A stretch of 62,181 bases of DNA, filler included, from Choristocarpus tenellus KU-1152 (lineage: Eukaryota > Protista > Phaeophyceae), in the NCBI GenBank assembly GCA_964200185.2. It is 9 parts of 9 records of this genome, joined end to end, with 100 filler letters (N's around TTAATTAATTAA, not from the genome) between each part and the next. Parts side by side here need not be neighbours in the genome. Positions count along the whole stretch, not along the records: positions 5,827 to 25,101 come from CAXNAD020000480.1; positions 25,202 to 28,538 come from CAXNAD020020718.1; 7 more parts are not named here. The stretch is one strand, 5' to 3'. This document shows, piece after piece, positions 13,201-26,290 of this stretch. How positions within the stretch are numbered: position 1 is the first letter of the stretch; every line of letters begins with the position of its first letter. Both the position numbers and the translations under genes were made by a program. Below the pieces are notes generated by a model, which ran no database searches, was not told where the DNA came from, and saw only the letters and a program-made list of their open reading frames with translations.

Positions 13201-16200
13201 TTTGTATTCTGAAAGGTAAGAGATAGGTATGGGTTGATGAATTAGAATATGAAAGAGTTCAGGAATAGCAAAAAGAGTAGCAAGTAATCTGTGATTAGTG
13301 AATAGTGATCGACATAAAGGGATAGATTTGGTGGAAGAGATCCCCCCTTGGGCTTGACGGCCCACTCCTCCTTTCTCTTTCCCTCATCTAAAATATGTCC
13401 AACCCAACAAGGAGTTAATCTAATCGCATATATTCATTAGTCTTTGGAAACAACAGCCACTTAAACATTGCCAAAACTGATATATATATATATATATATA
13501 TATACATTGAGTGAAGTATGACTCCTGACCCAAAGCACTTAAGAGGTTAGGGCCGCGTCCGTTCAGGGTCATAAATGTAATGTTGCGGTTTTAATGTAAT
13601 TTCGACAATCGTGTTTGATAGCAAGTTTCAATATTCTTCCTCCGGACACACATTTCATAGTTGTATAAATTTTAGATAACTGTGTTCACACAGAAGACCG
13701 TAAAAGCTACAATTCGCCAAGACCGGAACGGAAAAACAGGGCAAAACTCCTACCCTCTAAAATGCAAGTCCATCAGGCATATAATGAGCTAGTATGTCTT
13801 TGGTAGGGTACTCGTTACTAGCCCATATTGTGGGTGCATTTTATTCGTTCTCTAAATGAACACTACAACAAGAATATCCCATGTTGCAAGAAATTGACGT
13901 ATATATTGAGAGCAGAGCTACTGTCAACACTAACCCTTTTGTTTTGGCATACCAGAAATTAATTAGAGCTTTTTTACCCATCACCCTGGCATTTAGCAAT
14001 GGTACCTTACCTGACAATGATCCAAGTGATGCAAATAATACGAAGCAGTTTCTTATTGGGACAACATAATTTCTTTTCTCAAACAGTATCAAGCCAATTT
14101 GCACCATAACGAATATATATGTGATTGAACATAGTTCAACCTCGAACACAACTTGTACCAAGGTACAGTACACATGAGTGGGTGACCTAATAGATTCAAT
14201 GCAATATGCCTCCCAGTTGAAGCACATTCCCAATATATAAGGGAATAAACCCATGCAAATCACAAACACAAATTAGGCATCGGGTCTGGCTGAGGCACGG
14301 ACAGATTTCTTCCTATATGCCCGAGCTTGGTGGGACCAGTTTACTTCCTCCTCTCCTGGACTTGGAAAAAGGTGAGCAGTATGGGAAGGTCGTGCCCTAG
14401 GTAGGAGTCGGTGTTGAGATGGACTTGTCTTAGGGAAATGTGGGCTGGGAAATCAAACATGTGATTTGTTCAGAGCTGTATTTCAACCATGCAATAGGGT
14501 GGTAGACTCAGTTTAGTTCTAGGTTGAGGCAGAGTGTGCGAGTTGATCTGTAAGCAAAAGAGTGACAATATTTATAGACTTGGGTGTCGGCTACACATGG
14601 GAATTGGCTCTGGCTTAGACTCAATTTTGGAATGGCAATATAGTTGTGGCTACAAATAGTTCTACCTGTATTGTTGCTCGTATGAAGGTATGAAGCTGGG
14701 AAGGAAGGTTGACTCTGTTGATAGATACGTTGGACGGACCCCGTTCGCCATTGGCATACTACTAATGTACCGCAGATTTATATCCTGGTCATATTTTCTG
14801 CTTTGAGTTCCGCTACAACACCTACCCTGTATTCAATATCGAATCTGCAGTTGTTTTTTCCCCATCTAACCCCAACATGGTTTCTTTAACAAACTCCTTG
14901 CATCAGGGGATTTTCCTCTGTCAAGAATTATCGCTATGCTTTCTGCAACAGGATCCAGAACAGATCAATCAAGTCTAGAGTAACCGTTGAATCTGCACTG
15001 CTCTAAAATCTCAGGCCGGTAAAAATCTTCGCTGAAGATGAGCAAGGCCAGCATCGGTGTGTGTGCTCTTTCGTGGCTCCTGCTCCAACCCATGCACTTC
15101 GTTTCCTTCCCACACCACGACATGCAGCCAGGTGATGTTCTTGAAAGTAAAATTGGTTGTTTGCACTTAATAGCAAGTACTATGCTGCAATACAACGCAT
15201 GTTTACAGGTGTGCACATTATTGTGTCTGTGTTATTGATTTTGAGTACACTGTGTGGTCACTGGGTGTGAAGGTTGTAGGAATGCTCATCTATGTCCTTT
15301 GTAATTGGATGTGAAGGTTGTAGGAATACTTATCTATGGCTTTTTGTAATTGGATCAGTAGAACAAAAATAAAAGGGGAAAAACAGTTCGCTAAAGCTAA
15401 TGCTATCAGAGCCCCATTTTATTCAGTAAGGCAATGGGCAATGAACTGCCACACCTGCTCATCAGAATATATACATTTTATGCTAGTGAGGTGGTAACTG
15501 TACAATGGTCTTTCTCATGAGCTTTGATTCATCTCAATGTAATGTTTGCTCCCTTTGCTAATAGTTCTGGATTCCCTACACTTGTTTGCATTACCACACA
15601 TCAGTGAAAGCAACGACTCATTAAACAGCTTGTTGCTCCTTTTTTCAGCAGTATAAAGATCGAGGCGGACTAGGGAACACTGACACTAAGAGCAACATTC
15701 ACATCCGTAAGAGAGTGTGTTCCATCCATTGAGCCAATGAACACCATAATTTGTCCACCTCACGCACCCTCACGATCTTTGGACTTCTCTGGTACCCAAC
15801 TTTTTCAATTCTGATTCCAGATTTGTATCTCTCCTGGCATACCGCCAGCGGTCCTCTGTAGGACAACAACGCACAGAGGTCTGGAACACCCCGCATGCCT
15901 TCCTGGCCTCAGGTGGAGGGGAGTGTGCCGATCATGCCATTCTGCTGTGCTCCCTGCTACTGGGGTTTGGACTCAATGCATATGTGTGTATTGGGGAGGC
16001 GAAGCAAGGGGGAGAAGGGGCTAAAAGTAGGGGCAAGGGTGAGGACGATCAAGATTGGAGTGAGGGGGTGAAGGAGTTTGCGGGAAGTGGACAACCGGTG
16101 AGTTTCAGAAGGTGTCACTGTTGATTCAGATGGGATTGTAGTGGAGGCATGCCAATTCCAAGTGAGTGGGGAGATTGCAAGGAGAATCCATTGTTTTGGA

Positions 16201-19200
16201 TTAATGTAATACATGGGCTGATGCACATGCGCACATATAAAAATTGCTCTTTATACCATTTCCCTTCAATCTTGAGCTTAGCATGGCACCGTCCTCACAA
16301 GGATTGACATATTTCTTGTAGGATATCAATTTGCAAACTCTCAAGAATATTGTGCAGCTTTGGGGGGGAGGAAGGGAGCAGGCAAAGAATTCATTTTCGG
16401 GGATGGAAGGTAGGGGTGAATCCAGCAAATGTGGGCCGAGGAATATTTTCTCATTCTTTTCTTCGAAGGAAGTCTCCCAAATCACAACCAATCGATGCAA
16501 GTCAACCTCAAGGGGGTAGTGAAAGTTCAGGAAATATTCGCACCATTGACTCAATGCAACAAACAACCATTTGTTGACCTAATTGGTGCTTGCCATGACA
16601 TTTCCAACATTTACTCAATCCCACAAGATATGGATCAACATTATCAGAGAAATGTTGGATATGCCAGATTGTTGACCTCAACCTTATGCAAGCACGACTC
16701 ATCTATGTACACTATCGACCACGACCTTGGCCCTCTCTTCTTATGTTACCTCTCTCAGCACAGGTCAGTTCGAATTGTACTATCAATGTCTTTCAGTCAT
16801 GTGATAATATTCGACTTGTTTTATTGCTCTCCCTATAAACTACTCCATGAATCTCTCTGCTATTATAGTTAGTTCTTACTTGATCTTCACATTATTTGAA
16901 GGTATAAGACCTTAACAGCTCAAACCCCTGCTTTCTTCTCATATTACTCCGTACAGGTCTTTGGTTCTGCGGCTGAGATGATGTAGAAAAATCAGACCTA
17001 GCAACTCGTAAATTAAACATCATAGATCTACCAAAGACTACAATACCCACCACCCTGTTTTCTACTGTACACTAATGGAGTATCAAGATTTCAAATTAAC
17101 ATCCTTGTGCTTGCACTTCCCAGCAAGTGGCTTGTTAAGTCGAGCAGGTCAAATGTCTCTCGGAGGCCTCCCACTTTTCAAGTTGTTGACACAGAGATCA
17201 TAGTCATCAAGGTGGAAGTGTCCACTGTCACGTTCCTGCTCACAGGCCTTAGAGCCACACAGGAAACATGAGTGTATGGCTCCTAAACGTAATACTACCT
17301 CAACAGGGTGTCTCCAAGACAAGTCCATTTCTGTCATTTCCTGCCCTCTAAACACTTAGTTAACCTGTCCGTGTCTCATCCCTTGCACCCATCGTACGCC
17401 TATGCACAGGGTCATCAGTGGGTGTGGGTGTGTTCCTTTGGTGGTACACACGACAAAGGCACCAGGTGCACATTCTGGGAGAGTCTGACTGGACAACAAT
17501 TCGACATGAAAAGCATGCACGAAAGACAAGGTGCACCCCTTCATACATTGAACCTATATTTTCTTATACGATTTGGAACGATTTGCTCAGAGAGTGTCTG
17601 CTTCCACCCTCACTCCGCCGTGTCAAAGGCTTGCATTGGGATCATGTGTTTGTTTGTGAACGAAGGGTCTTAGTTGCACAAAATTATCCCACTATTTCTT
17701 GAATGGAGAGTCAATTGTCCAGAGACTCCATCTCCCAAGTGGGGGAGGCTTGTTCATTCTCCTAGGATTGTTTTGTGCGTCATATATTAGATATTACTCT
17801 CATACAATACTTCCTAGATTTGTCCTTGGATGCTTAGAAACATAACAAGTGGAGGTTCACATGTGTACTTGAAAATATACAAGTTTGGGCTGCAGCAAAG
17901 TGATAGGGGCATTTATGTCCTATGCCATTACAATCCACAATCTTTCTTGGCAATCTCAAAATGGCTGTCTCAAACTTAGAATCGAACTTTAGCTCCCATC
18001 AATTTCGTATGTAGTGTCTTGAGTAACTAGGATGAGTTCACTCTCCACTCTCTCCAACTCTCTGAATCTCAGCATCGCTCTTTGAATCTGTATGTAGAGC
18101 ATATTTGGTGTATCAAAGGGCCATAAATTCTACAAATCTTCTCTGTGCCTTAATCTAACAAACCTCTCTTCTAGGCCGGGTTACAACAGACTCCAGAGTT
18201 AGCAGGGGGGGGAGGACAACTTCTTCCTCAGTTCGTCCTTGCACAGGCCGAAAGATGAAGGAGTTAGCAAAGATTCCATCACACCACTTCCTCAAGATTT
18301 CGTGCATATTCAGTGACAAAGAATTCTATGCAAATAAACAGGCAAGAGGACCATTTCCCTATTGGTTATCTTCTTGTTTGGAAGACGGAAGTATGAACAT
18401 GTACGTCATTTTCGATTGCAAGAAGAACTTTTAGAAAAGTTTCCCGGAATTCCCTGTAAGTCCTTCAAAATATATTTCTTACAATCAGCATCAACATTAC
18501 CCATTTGTTCTCAGACGTCACTGGTGACCGTGCATAGATTCTTCATGATGCTGGAGAAACAAGTAGTAATTTTGGCTTTCATCAGCTTTCACATAGTGAT
18601 CTGACTTCAAATGTTGTGTTATAAAGTGTCAGACTATGAGAAGTATTTAGAAATGCCGCATGACTTGAGACACAGTTTCTATCGCTCTCGTCTCTAGCTA
18701 GGGATATAACGATGTTGAAATAGACTAAATGGATTGAATCGCCATTCACAAGCACTGATGATCTCTGCGTGCTCCTTTAACCAGGAAAACGTTGTCACAT
18801 TTCCTCTTCTGAGTCCCTGCCGAACTCCACTTGACACACACTTAGCTCTAAATCAGTGCTGCATGAATTCTCATTGCAATCCACACTCCTGTACCTTCAC
18901 ACACTGGATTTCCCACAAACTGTTGATACAGCGGCTCATGGGCACTACTTGTACCGTCTTAGTGATACAGCAGACACTATTATTGGCATCAACTGACAAA
19001 ACGTTGTGTCTCCTACCTGTCTGGACAAACTGTTGATGCAGCGGCTCATGGGCATTACTTGTACTGTCATAGTGATACAACAGACACCGTTATCAGCATC
19101 AACTGATAGAAAGTTGTGTCTCCTACCTGCCTGGAAAAACCTCCTTGCCAATATATTCTAACACACACACGGGAAAACAAATGGCATGGGCAGGCTGATG

Positions 19201-19868
19201 ACCATGTGGACCGCACCATCCTGGACATTTCTGATTCTGCAGCCTGGAAGCGTATGGATGCCTCCAGACTCCAACTCCCTGGCGAGTGACAGCAATATGC
19301 CGCAAACCACAATCTGAGACCTCTAAACTATATAATCTACCCAAGGCGTTGTGTGTGCATTTTTTCTGTTGTGTTGAATGTCTAGAAACGAATCCATTGT
19401 TGATAGTTAAGACCAAAACGTGTGACTCTACGGCATTCAGCCATAATATTATTATAATTTGTCATCAAGCGCAGAGTAACAGGTCATTGGCAAAGTAATT
19501 TGCTAAACATTTTTGAAACCAAGGCAAGATGACTGACCCCAAAATATATTGTAGAATATCAGCAAAGGCACACAGCCCAACACACACATGCACAAATCAA
19601 ATATACTCAACAACTGGAAAGAGATATTTGGTCAGTGAAATGATATCAAACATGTTGCAGTTTCCAGGACTTGACCCCAACTCCATCTCCTCATCTCCCC
19701 TTTCTTCTGCACTCTGTATAATCAGGCGTGGGTACCCCATTACCCAGGTCATCCACCGAGCTTGTACTTGTTGGACCTTCAATCGATGGTCTTCTTGCAG
19801 GAGATGAGGTAGAGGCTGCTCTGCGAAATCTTGTAACAAATCATAGGGGCATGGAAGGGCTATCTACG
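10267..19868 (+). CDS. CEP76: Centrosomal protein CEP76, partial; exons 10267-10675, 11775-11875, 14277-14371, 15015-15131, 15821-16097, 17410-17530, 18175(or 18247)-18341, 19194-19281, 19726-19868
   Basis: Phase-consistent splicing gives LVGTADLDWRRGL...VGGVMRVKLEV...FFLYARAWWDQF...RPVKIFAEDEQGQHRCVCSFV...TPRHAARFVSLLAY...GGGECADHAILLCSLLLGFGLNAYVCIG...TFWESLTGQQF...ISCIFSDKEFYANKQ|ADDHVDRTILDISDSAAWKRM...EVEAALRNLVTNHRGMEGLST. This is colinear with CEP76 (LVKIFAQDENG, GDCEDHANLLCSLLLGYG, FWESLTG). First and last exons were not found on this contig. Confidence 0.93.
12004..12231 (+). mobile_element. MITE family A copy (degenerate)
   Basis: Colinear with 20165-20422; ends CTACCCTCTAAGATACTTTG. 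Confidence 0.8.
12330..13150 (+). mobile_element. Possible copia reverse-transcriptase relic in CEP76 intron
   Basis: Scraps CAGYCQD, MRHFD, PGSLWH and THLDMASV echo copia RT motifs (ARGFSQ, hhDV, VGSLMY, TRPDIA) in order. Confidence 0.35.
13527..13770 (-). mobile_element. MITE family A copy, reverse orientation, diverged
   Basis: Starts GACCCAAAGCACTTAAGAGGTTAGGGCCGCGTCC (reverse complement of the family 3' end) and ends AAACTCCTACCCTCTAA. Confidence 0.7.
18916..19140. repeat. 110-bp tandem duplication in CEP76 intron
   Basis: CAAACTGTTGAT.CAGCGGCTCATGGGCA...GTGTCTCCTACCTG.CTGGA.AAAC starts at 18916 and again at 19026. Confidence 0.9.
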
Positions 19869-20164
19869 GTGAGGGAACTGCACAAGAGTGTTGCTCTTGG
19901 TGTGATGGATCTTGGGTGTTTATGCTCTATGGCAACCATAGCGTTCTCAAACAAATTATAACACAATGTTTTAGAAGGCATTCTTTGTGGAAATAAGCTC
20001 AATGATCTCGGTGACTTAGACTAACATTTGATCATGTGTGTGTTGATGTCCTGAGGAGGTCAAAGCCACTACGAACCATTTATTGATCGACTGGAATTCC
20101 ATCCTGAATACAATCCCTATGGGTATGATGTAGGTAGTGTAGGTAAATAGTTGGTGCAGCAAAA

Positions 20165-20422
20165 GAGTAAAGTATCTTAGAGGGTACGAGTTTTTCCCTG
20201 TTTGTCCGTTTGGGGCTTGGCTTCCTGTGGGGTTTATTATGACATTTTCTTAATTCAAAATATTTCGGAGTAGGTAAAATGTATACGATATGAAAAGTTG
20301 TGTCCGGAACAAGGATATTGACACTTCCTAACAAACACGATAGCCAAAATTACATCAAAATCGCAACATTGGATTGTCACCCCCAAAAGGACGCGGCTCT
20401 ACCCTCTAAGATACTTCGGCTC
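20165..20422 (+). mobile_element. MITE family A, full copy (~258 bp)
   Basis: TIRs GAGTAAAGTATCTTAGAGGGTA / TACCCTCTAAGATACTTCGGCTC, flanked by AAA on both sides. Confidence 0.88.
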
Positions 20423-20429
20423 AAAAGCA

Positions 20430-23400
20430 GAAACATATTAAATGGTGTAGAATACTTACATATCCCCTGTAGAGTATTTGAAATATCTTTATATTAGTGA
20501 TCAATGCGAATCCTGATACGGAGATGTTCAAAAAGCAAGAATGCGGCGTTGCCACAAAAGTGGTGGAAAATCATTATTTTTACCAAATCATTGTGGTTGA
20601 GAAAAATCTCCTTCTAAAATCCCGAAGAGTTTGGAAGGATATAGTATTGTCTTTAAAGCGTAAAGTTCATAGATCCTGACAGAACCAGGGGTAACCAATA
20701 ATCACCGCACTCGAGATCTTCAAAGCAAGTGGAAACCGACCTTCGTACCTCTTGACCCTACCTTCTCAGCTTCAGTTGGGGCATATCACAACAAGAAAGA
20801 AATTTCGGCATATAACAGATGTCTCTGAATGAACTGGGTGATACTACAGCGGAAATAGAGATCAATCAGAATCGGAATGGAACTTTGATAACGCCTGTCC
20901 CCTTGCTGTTCATCTAGATCTGGATCTTTTTCTACGCGTGTCTGGTTTGTTCGCTGGTCATTATGAGCAGGCTCAATGGCAAAAGGTGAAATGCACAGTT
21001 ACATAAAACAGCCCTTGTTTCCACACCAGGTGTCGGAGATCCCAGATGGGACCTACCCCTGACTTTACACCTAACCTTAGTGTGGATTCTATCCGACACG
21101 AACATAAGAGTGACTGACCAGCATGTCATGTCGGACAGGTCCATGGGAGGAAACTCCTGGATTGTTGAAACAACTCAGGGAAACAGGTGGAGCACCAATG
21201 GTGATTAGCCTTTAGTGGTCAAACTCTACTGCGAAGTTTGAATATCTGTGTTAATGAGTGGAAAGTGCTGTGAAAAAGTAGTTCGGACAAGGCTGTCTCC
21301 TACATGTCTCCGGGGATCTGAGTGGATGAAGCTCAGAGTCACCAGAGTTTGGAATTATCAAGTTATCCAATGGTAATATTGCACGAACAGTGTCAATAGT
21401 GACTGGAAAACTCATCATCTCTTCCTGTTACCTGGTTGGACATATTGCCAACCAAGGTGCTTGCAAAACCAGAGGGATTTCTCAAGAGCATATACTCCGA
21501 GGATATGTTTCGAATACGTATTGAAACTATTTGAAAGATGTGAGATGTTATGCAAGTAAAGCATTATTTTTAACAGGTAGGATCAAACTGTGTGTAGTTC
21601 TCTGGAGTAGAGCTACATTTCTACCCCACAAGCCCGAGATTCCGAGAGATAAGCTTGAAATTACCGACATGACTGTGCTATGGTATGGTCTTCAAGGACT
21701 CATCTATGTCGCTTCCACCATCTTAGAGCTGAGACAGATATATCTTCTCTAACTGTGGACTCTGATGGCAACTCATCAGGCCGGCAACCACTAGTATAGA
21801 GGAATTCATCGCACATGCAGGTCCTTAAGGAGGTTCTTCACAACAATTAGATGAAGCGGAGTTACTTGTTGGTGGAGGTCCGTTTTGGTGGTACACCAAC
21901 TTCTTCGACTGTTTTAAGGGCAGGAGCCTTTCTTTTAAGACTATTCGCTTGGCAAGTGACTCTTACATTAGAGATGTCGAACTTGTTCTCTTCCCTCTGT
22001 AGGCTGCAATCGTCTCTACACATTCAAGATATATCAATGGGCTTATGCCACCGGCCACTAGCTGATAGGTATCCCTGAAAGAAAAGCCGGAACATGTAAC
22101 TGTGAATGGTCTTCACTCCCACACCTCGCATATGGTAAATGATGCCCTCTACAGCTTATGACCGAATGATTGGTTGCGTCTTTGACCCTGATCTAGATCT
22201 GGTTCCGGTATTACTCTCCCTAAGAAAAAGGAATTAAGGGTATCCATGTGAGGTTCAGCGGCTACACCTTTATTCATAGATTTTACTCAGCAGACCACAT
22301 GATTTTTTACGTCAAGCTGGTTTTACAAACGTTTTCCCAATGCACTACAGGTGTTACACATGCGTTCACTTCGTAAGCTCATATCCATGGAAATAGAAAT
22401 TTGGGTTCAATGAATCAGTTGAAGTTATGTGGTTTGTGAAGCCACACTTTATCCCCTGGTTTGTAGATTGGAAGTTTATTATTTACCATGTCAGATTAAT
22501 TTCTCAATGCCACCTCACCAATACTTCACCAGGCAAATTCATGTACTAGCTGCACATTTTCTTGCATTCCATTCTTGCACAGCTATGGACAACACAGGAA
22601 AGCCCAAAATGTAATCAACTGGAAAAATTGGGCGCCTATATCAAACATGAAAAAAAATGTGTTTCTTCAACAGTTTTGTAATAGGCTATAATATGTGCTA
22701 CTACCTATCCAAAGGGCAACAAGGATGCCCAGTCAGCTTGGTCCATATCAGATTCCATGCCCAGCATACCATGCATTTTGGAATGGATGATTTCACATAT
22801 GCTACTACCTTCGGGTCAATATAACATAGTATTGGTTGTGTATTACTCCCATACACTTTCCGTGACTCTGTCAGGAGTTTGTTCTTAAGTTTCTTATCTT
22901 GTTCAGAGTGGAATGTTTCGGGGGGACCAAAAAAGAAAAAAAATGGCCTTCCACTAAAGCCTTAGCAATGGTTTTCTTCTACATTTATAATGCCAACTAA
23001 GATTGCGAATGTTGTATGGTCTACGGCAGATATCATGTATTTTGCGCCGTCTGATGTGGTCTTATATTTGACAAGGTCAATAGCGAGTCCTTCAAACGGA
23101 TGAGCAACAGGGGTATGTCCGGTAGGTGGTGAGTGAGGAGTACAGGAGGGTTTCCATCTCGGACATGACTGGTAAGTTGAGCACCAATTCCTAACACCTT
23201 CATAATATTGTCGGACTCCAAAATCTATTTCTCACGTATTAAATGTGTGCTTGAAAGCAAGATAACCTGCAACTTCACGGTCTTGTAGGGCACATATAAT
23301 TATACCCGGAACTTCAATTGGGGCTACTAATTGAAAACCAACTTTTCCATTCTTTCGGAGATGACCGGATTGAAAGGTCAGTAAGTAAGAGTTCACCCTC

Positions 23401-24738
23401 TCTCGTGCGAAAAATATGACATGGTGTAGGCCGTTTCCAATTTAGCTAGGGTTGAATTCTCGGGGTCTGCCAAAAAATTGAAATGTGCTTCAAACTTATC
23501 AAGTTGAGTTTTAGCTAAAGAAACTATATGGAAAATATTGATAGAGCAAATAAAGAACCTAGAGTCTTTTGCCGCTATAGTGATTTAACCTTAGAGCAGT
23601 CCACGGGGGTATACCTTTATTCCTTGAAAGTTGAGTATGTGGTTTCCGCTCTCACTTTTCGATATAATGGAGTTGAGGATACTTGTTCAGGTTCTCGTTT
23701 ACATCATTCTTCAAGTTGAGGATGTGACAACTTATCTGGGATGTAATGTGATCTACCAGATTTATGAAGACCGTAAAATCAAAGCATTGCATAGCTAGGG
23801 CCCATCTAGTTTATACGTTGCACGTGTCTTGCATCATGCACAGCCACCATAAGGTTGAATTGTCACTAATATAGTGACATGTTTACCCCATATATTTGGT
23901 CTCTCCAGAGTTGGTGGATTGCTAGAATTACTTCAAGGCACTCATGTTGTTTGGCAGAGTGTGTTCCTTGGGAAGGAGAAAGTAAGGCACTATGAAATGT
24001 AATGATATCAAATTCCCACCATCACTTCTATGGGCAAATATTCACACTTGTCCCAACAATACTGGCGTCAACATCTATGAAAATTCCTTTGATAAATCAG
24101 GAAAGTGTAGTACTGGAGCCACTGCATAAATCGTTTGCATTTTTCAAAAACAGTCTGTTGTGGCCGACTCTACTTAGACGTTACATCAATTTTACCATTT
24201 ATTGTGTGTTTCGGTTGGTATGATATTTTTGGTGCTTCCCTTTTGTGAACTGCAAATCAATTCTACTAACGGTTCTGCAGCAATTTCAAATAGTGGAAAT
24301 ATTTTCTCCCACAATCCATGGAACCTAAGAAAGATTGTAGACTTCCAACCTGTTGAAGGGGATGCATTTCTAAACTAGCTTCAATATAGGCTTGTGATAT
24401 TCGTACTTTTTTGGTTGACATCACGTCCCAAACTATGGATTTGTCTTGACCTTAATTGGGCCTTGAATCACTTTGATGTCACCCCTACGATTTGTAGGGT
24501 TGATAGTACCATATATCGTAAATGGTCTGTCCAAATTCGAGAGACCAAAACAATCCTGTCTAAATGTTGAGAACAATTGTAGAAAAAGGGTTGGACATGA
24601 AGTGTTGGAAGATCCACAGTGCATTTAATACTCCAAATGGCAACAGATGAAGTCCATATTTTGCATCTGGTGTGATGAATGCAGTCTTTGGCCTTTCACA
24701 CTTCTCGGCTATAGTGTTGGCAGTCGCCTCTAGGATGA
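20430..24738 (-). mobile_element. Degenerate Ty3/gypsy pol relic (RT-RNaseH-integrase)
   Basis: Minus strand shows KTAFITPDAKYGLHLLPFGVLNALWIFQ (RT, ~24600-24690), IDVDASIVG (RNase H, ~24060) and KQHECLEVILAIHQLW (~23920), in gypsy order. The left boundary is uncertain. Confidence 0.7.
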
Positions 24739-25055
24739 GACCAATCTTGATTTTGTTTAAAGGGTTGCCCAACGAGCTAATCAACAATGAGCGTATCAAA
24801 TAAAACCTCTCGATCTAACTAAGCTATCACTGGTGCAAAGCAATTTTTTCGGAAATGTTTTTGGTAAGGTTAAATTTTAACCGAATGTTTTCGGCACAGC
24901 CTTGGAAATGTTCCGGAATGAATTATCTCGACCAAACATATTTTTCCGAAAGAATTCCTTTCCACCAGTGATGGCTTAGATCTAGAACTTTCATTTGACA
25001 TGCTGATCGTCAATTAACTCGTTTGGCAACCCTTTCAAAACAATCAAGATTGATC
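24739..25055. mobile_element. Foldback/hairpin element (~315 bp) with long imperfect inverted arms
   Basis: Left arm CAATCTTGATTTTGTTTAAAGGGTTGCCCAACGAGCTAAT...CACTGGTGCAAAGCAATTTTTTCGGAAA mirrors right arm TTTCCGAAAGAATTCCTTTCCACCAGTG...ATTAACTCGTTTGGCAACCCTTTCAAAACAATCAAGATTG. Confidence 0.85.
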
Positions 25056-25101
25056 ACCGCCAAAACGGTACGTGGGCTAACCTCGGCTTAATACTGTTTA
25101 A

Positions 25102-25201
25102 NNNNNNNNNNNNNNNNNNNNNNNNNNNNNNNNNNNNNNNNNNNNTTAATTAATTAANNNNNNNNNNNNNNNNNNNNNNNNNNNNNNNNNNNNNNNNNNN
25201 N
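25102..25201. other. Artificial contig spacer
   Basis: N44-TTAATTAATTAA-N44. Confidence 0.98.
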
Positions 25202-26205
25202 GAATCCATTTTTTTCTTTTATGAGAAAGTGCACTGGAAATCCCACATTTTTTAATACCCCCCCCCCCGCAAACATATATCTGCCTTTGGTTTCAAAAAC
25301 AAAAAAACTAGTATATCATCCGTTGGAACAGTATATACCATGACTTTGATGCCCACAAAAAAAAACCTGCTGGAGATGAAGGACAGATCAAGTAGAAATC
25401 TTGACAGCAGAAAGTACAGTACAGTACATTATATACACGTAACGTTTATTCATTTGGATTACTATGTTCTCTTATGGTTCAAGTGCAGGAATTTGTTTTG
25501 CTGTATGCACATTCGAATACCACAATTGTAGACCACAATCTGAGAGGTCTTTTTCATGAAACACTTTATTGTTCCAAACACGAACAAATAATATTTTTTG
25601 TGAGGGAAGGGACACTCTTACTACTAAAAAAAAATGCACAAGTTGTACAGAACTAAAAAGAACCTTCAACATCTCATCATAACTGTCCATCACCATTGAA
25701 TTTATGAGCAAAAATGAATGAACCCAGACGTTGGAAGTCAAAGGGAGGTTGACTCAAGGCTTGGTCCAATCAATGAGGGCAATGGGCATGCTGAGGTTCT
25801 TTAGGGTGATTATGAAGTGGACTATGGTCCCACTGACCCCATCAGCAAATATAGATACTCTGCATGCCAGAGTGTTGAAAGAGAACCTCCTACATTGAGG
25901 TGCAGGGGATACAGCCAGTCAATGTTGACTTGCCATTGGTCACTAATTTTTAATCCTGTATTAAAAATGTGATATATTAGTAAATCAACTCAATGAGAGC
26001 TGACAGTGGCGCCCTCATTCCTATTACTATTAACAAAAATGTCTACTGTGATCAACAAAAAATAGTCCCCCTCCCCACCTTGAAGTCTTAGCAAATGGAA
26101 TAGTTAAGAACTAAGGATGGTGACTAGTGCTAACCCTAACCCTAAGATCAAACAAATTTACTGTACAAGAAAAAACTGAGATATTGTGGGACATAAGCAA
26201 CATGT

Positions 26206-26290
26206 AATACCAATACTTAATACCATTACGTAATATCAATACTCAATACCAGTACTTAATACCAATACGTAATATCAATACTCAATACCA
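26206..26290. repeat. 12-bp minisatellite (TAATACCAATAC-like) with a higher-order 36-bp period
   Basis: Seen directly. Confidence 0.8.
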
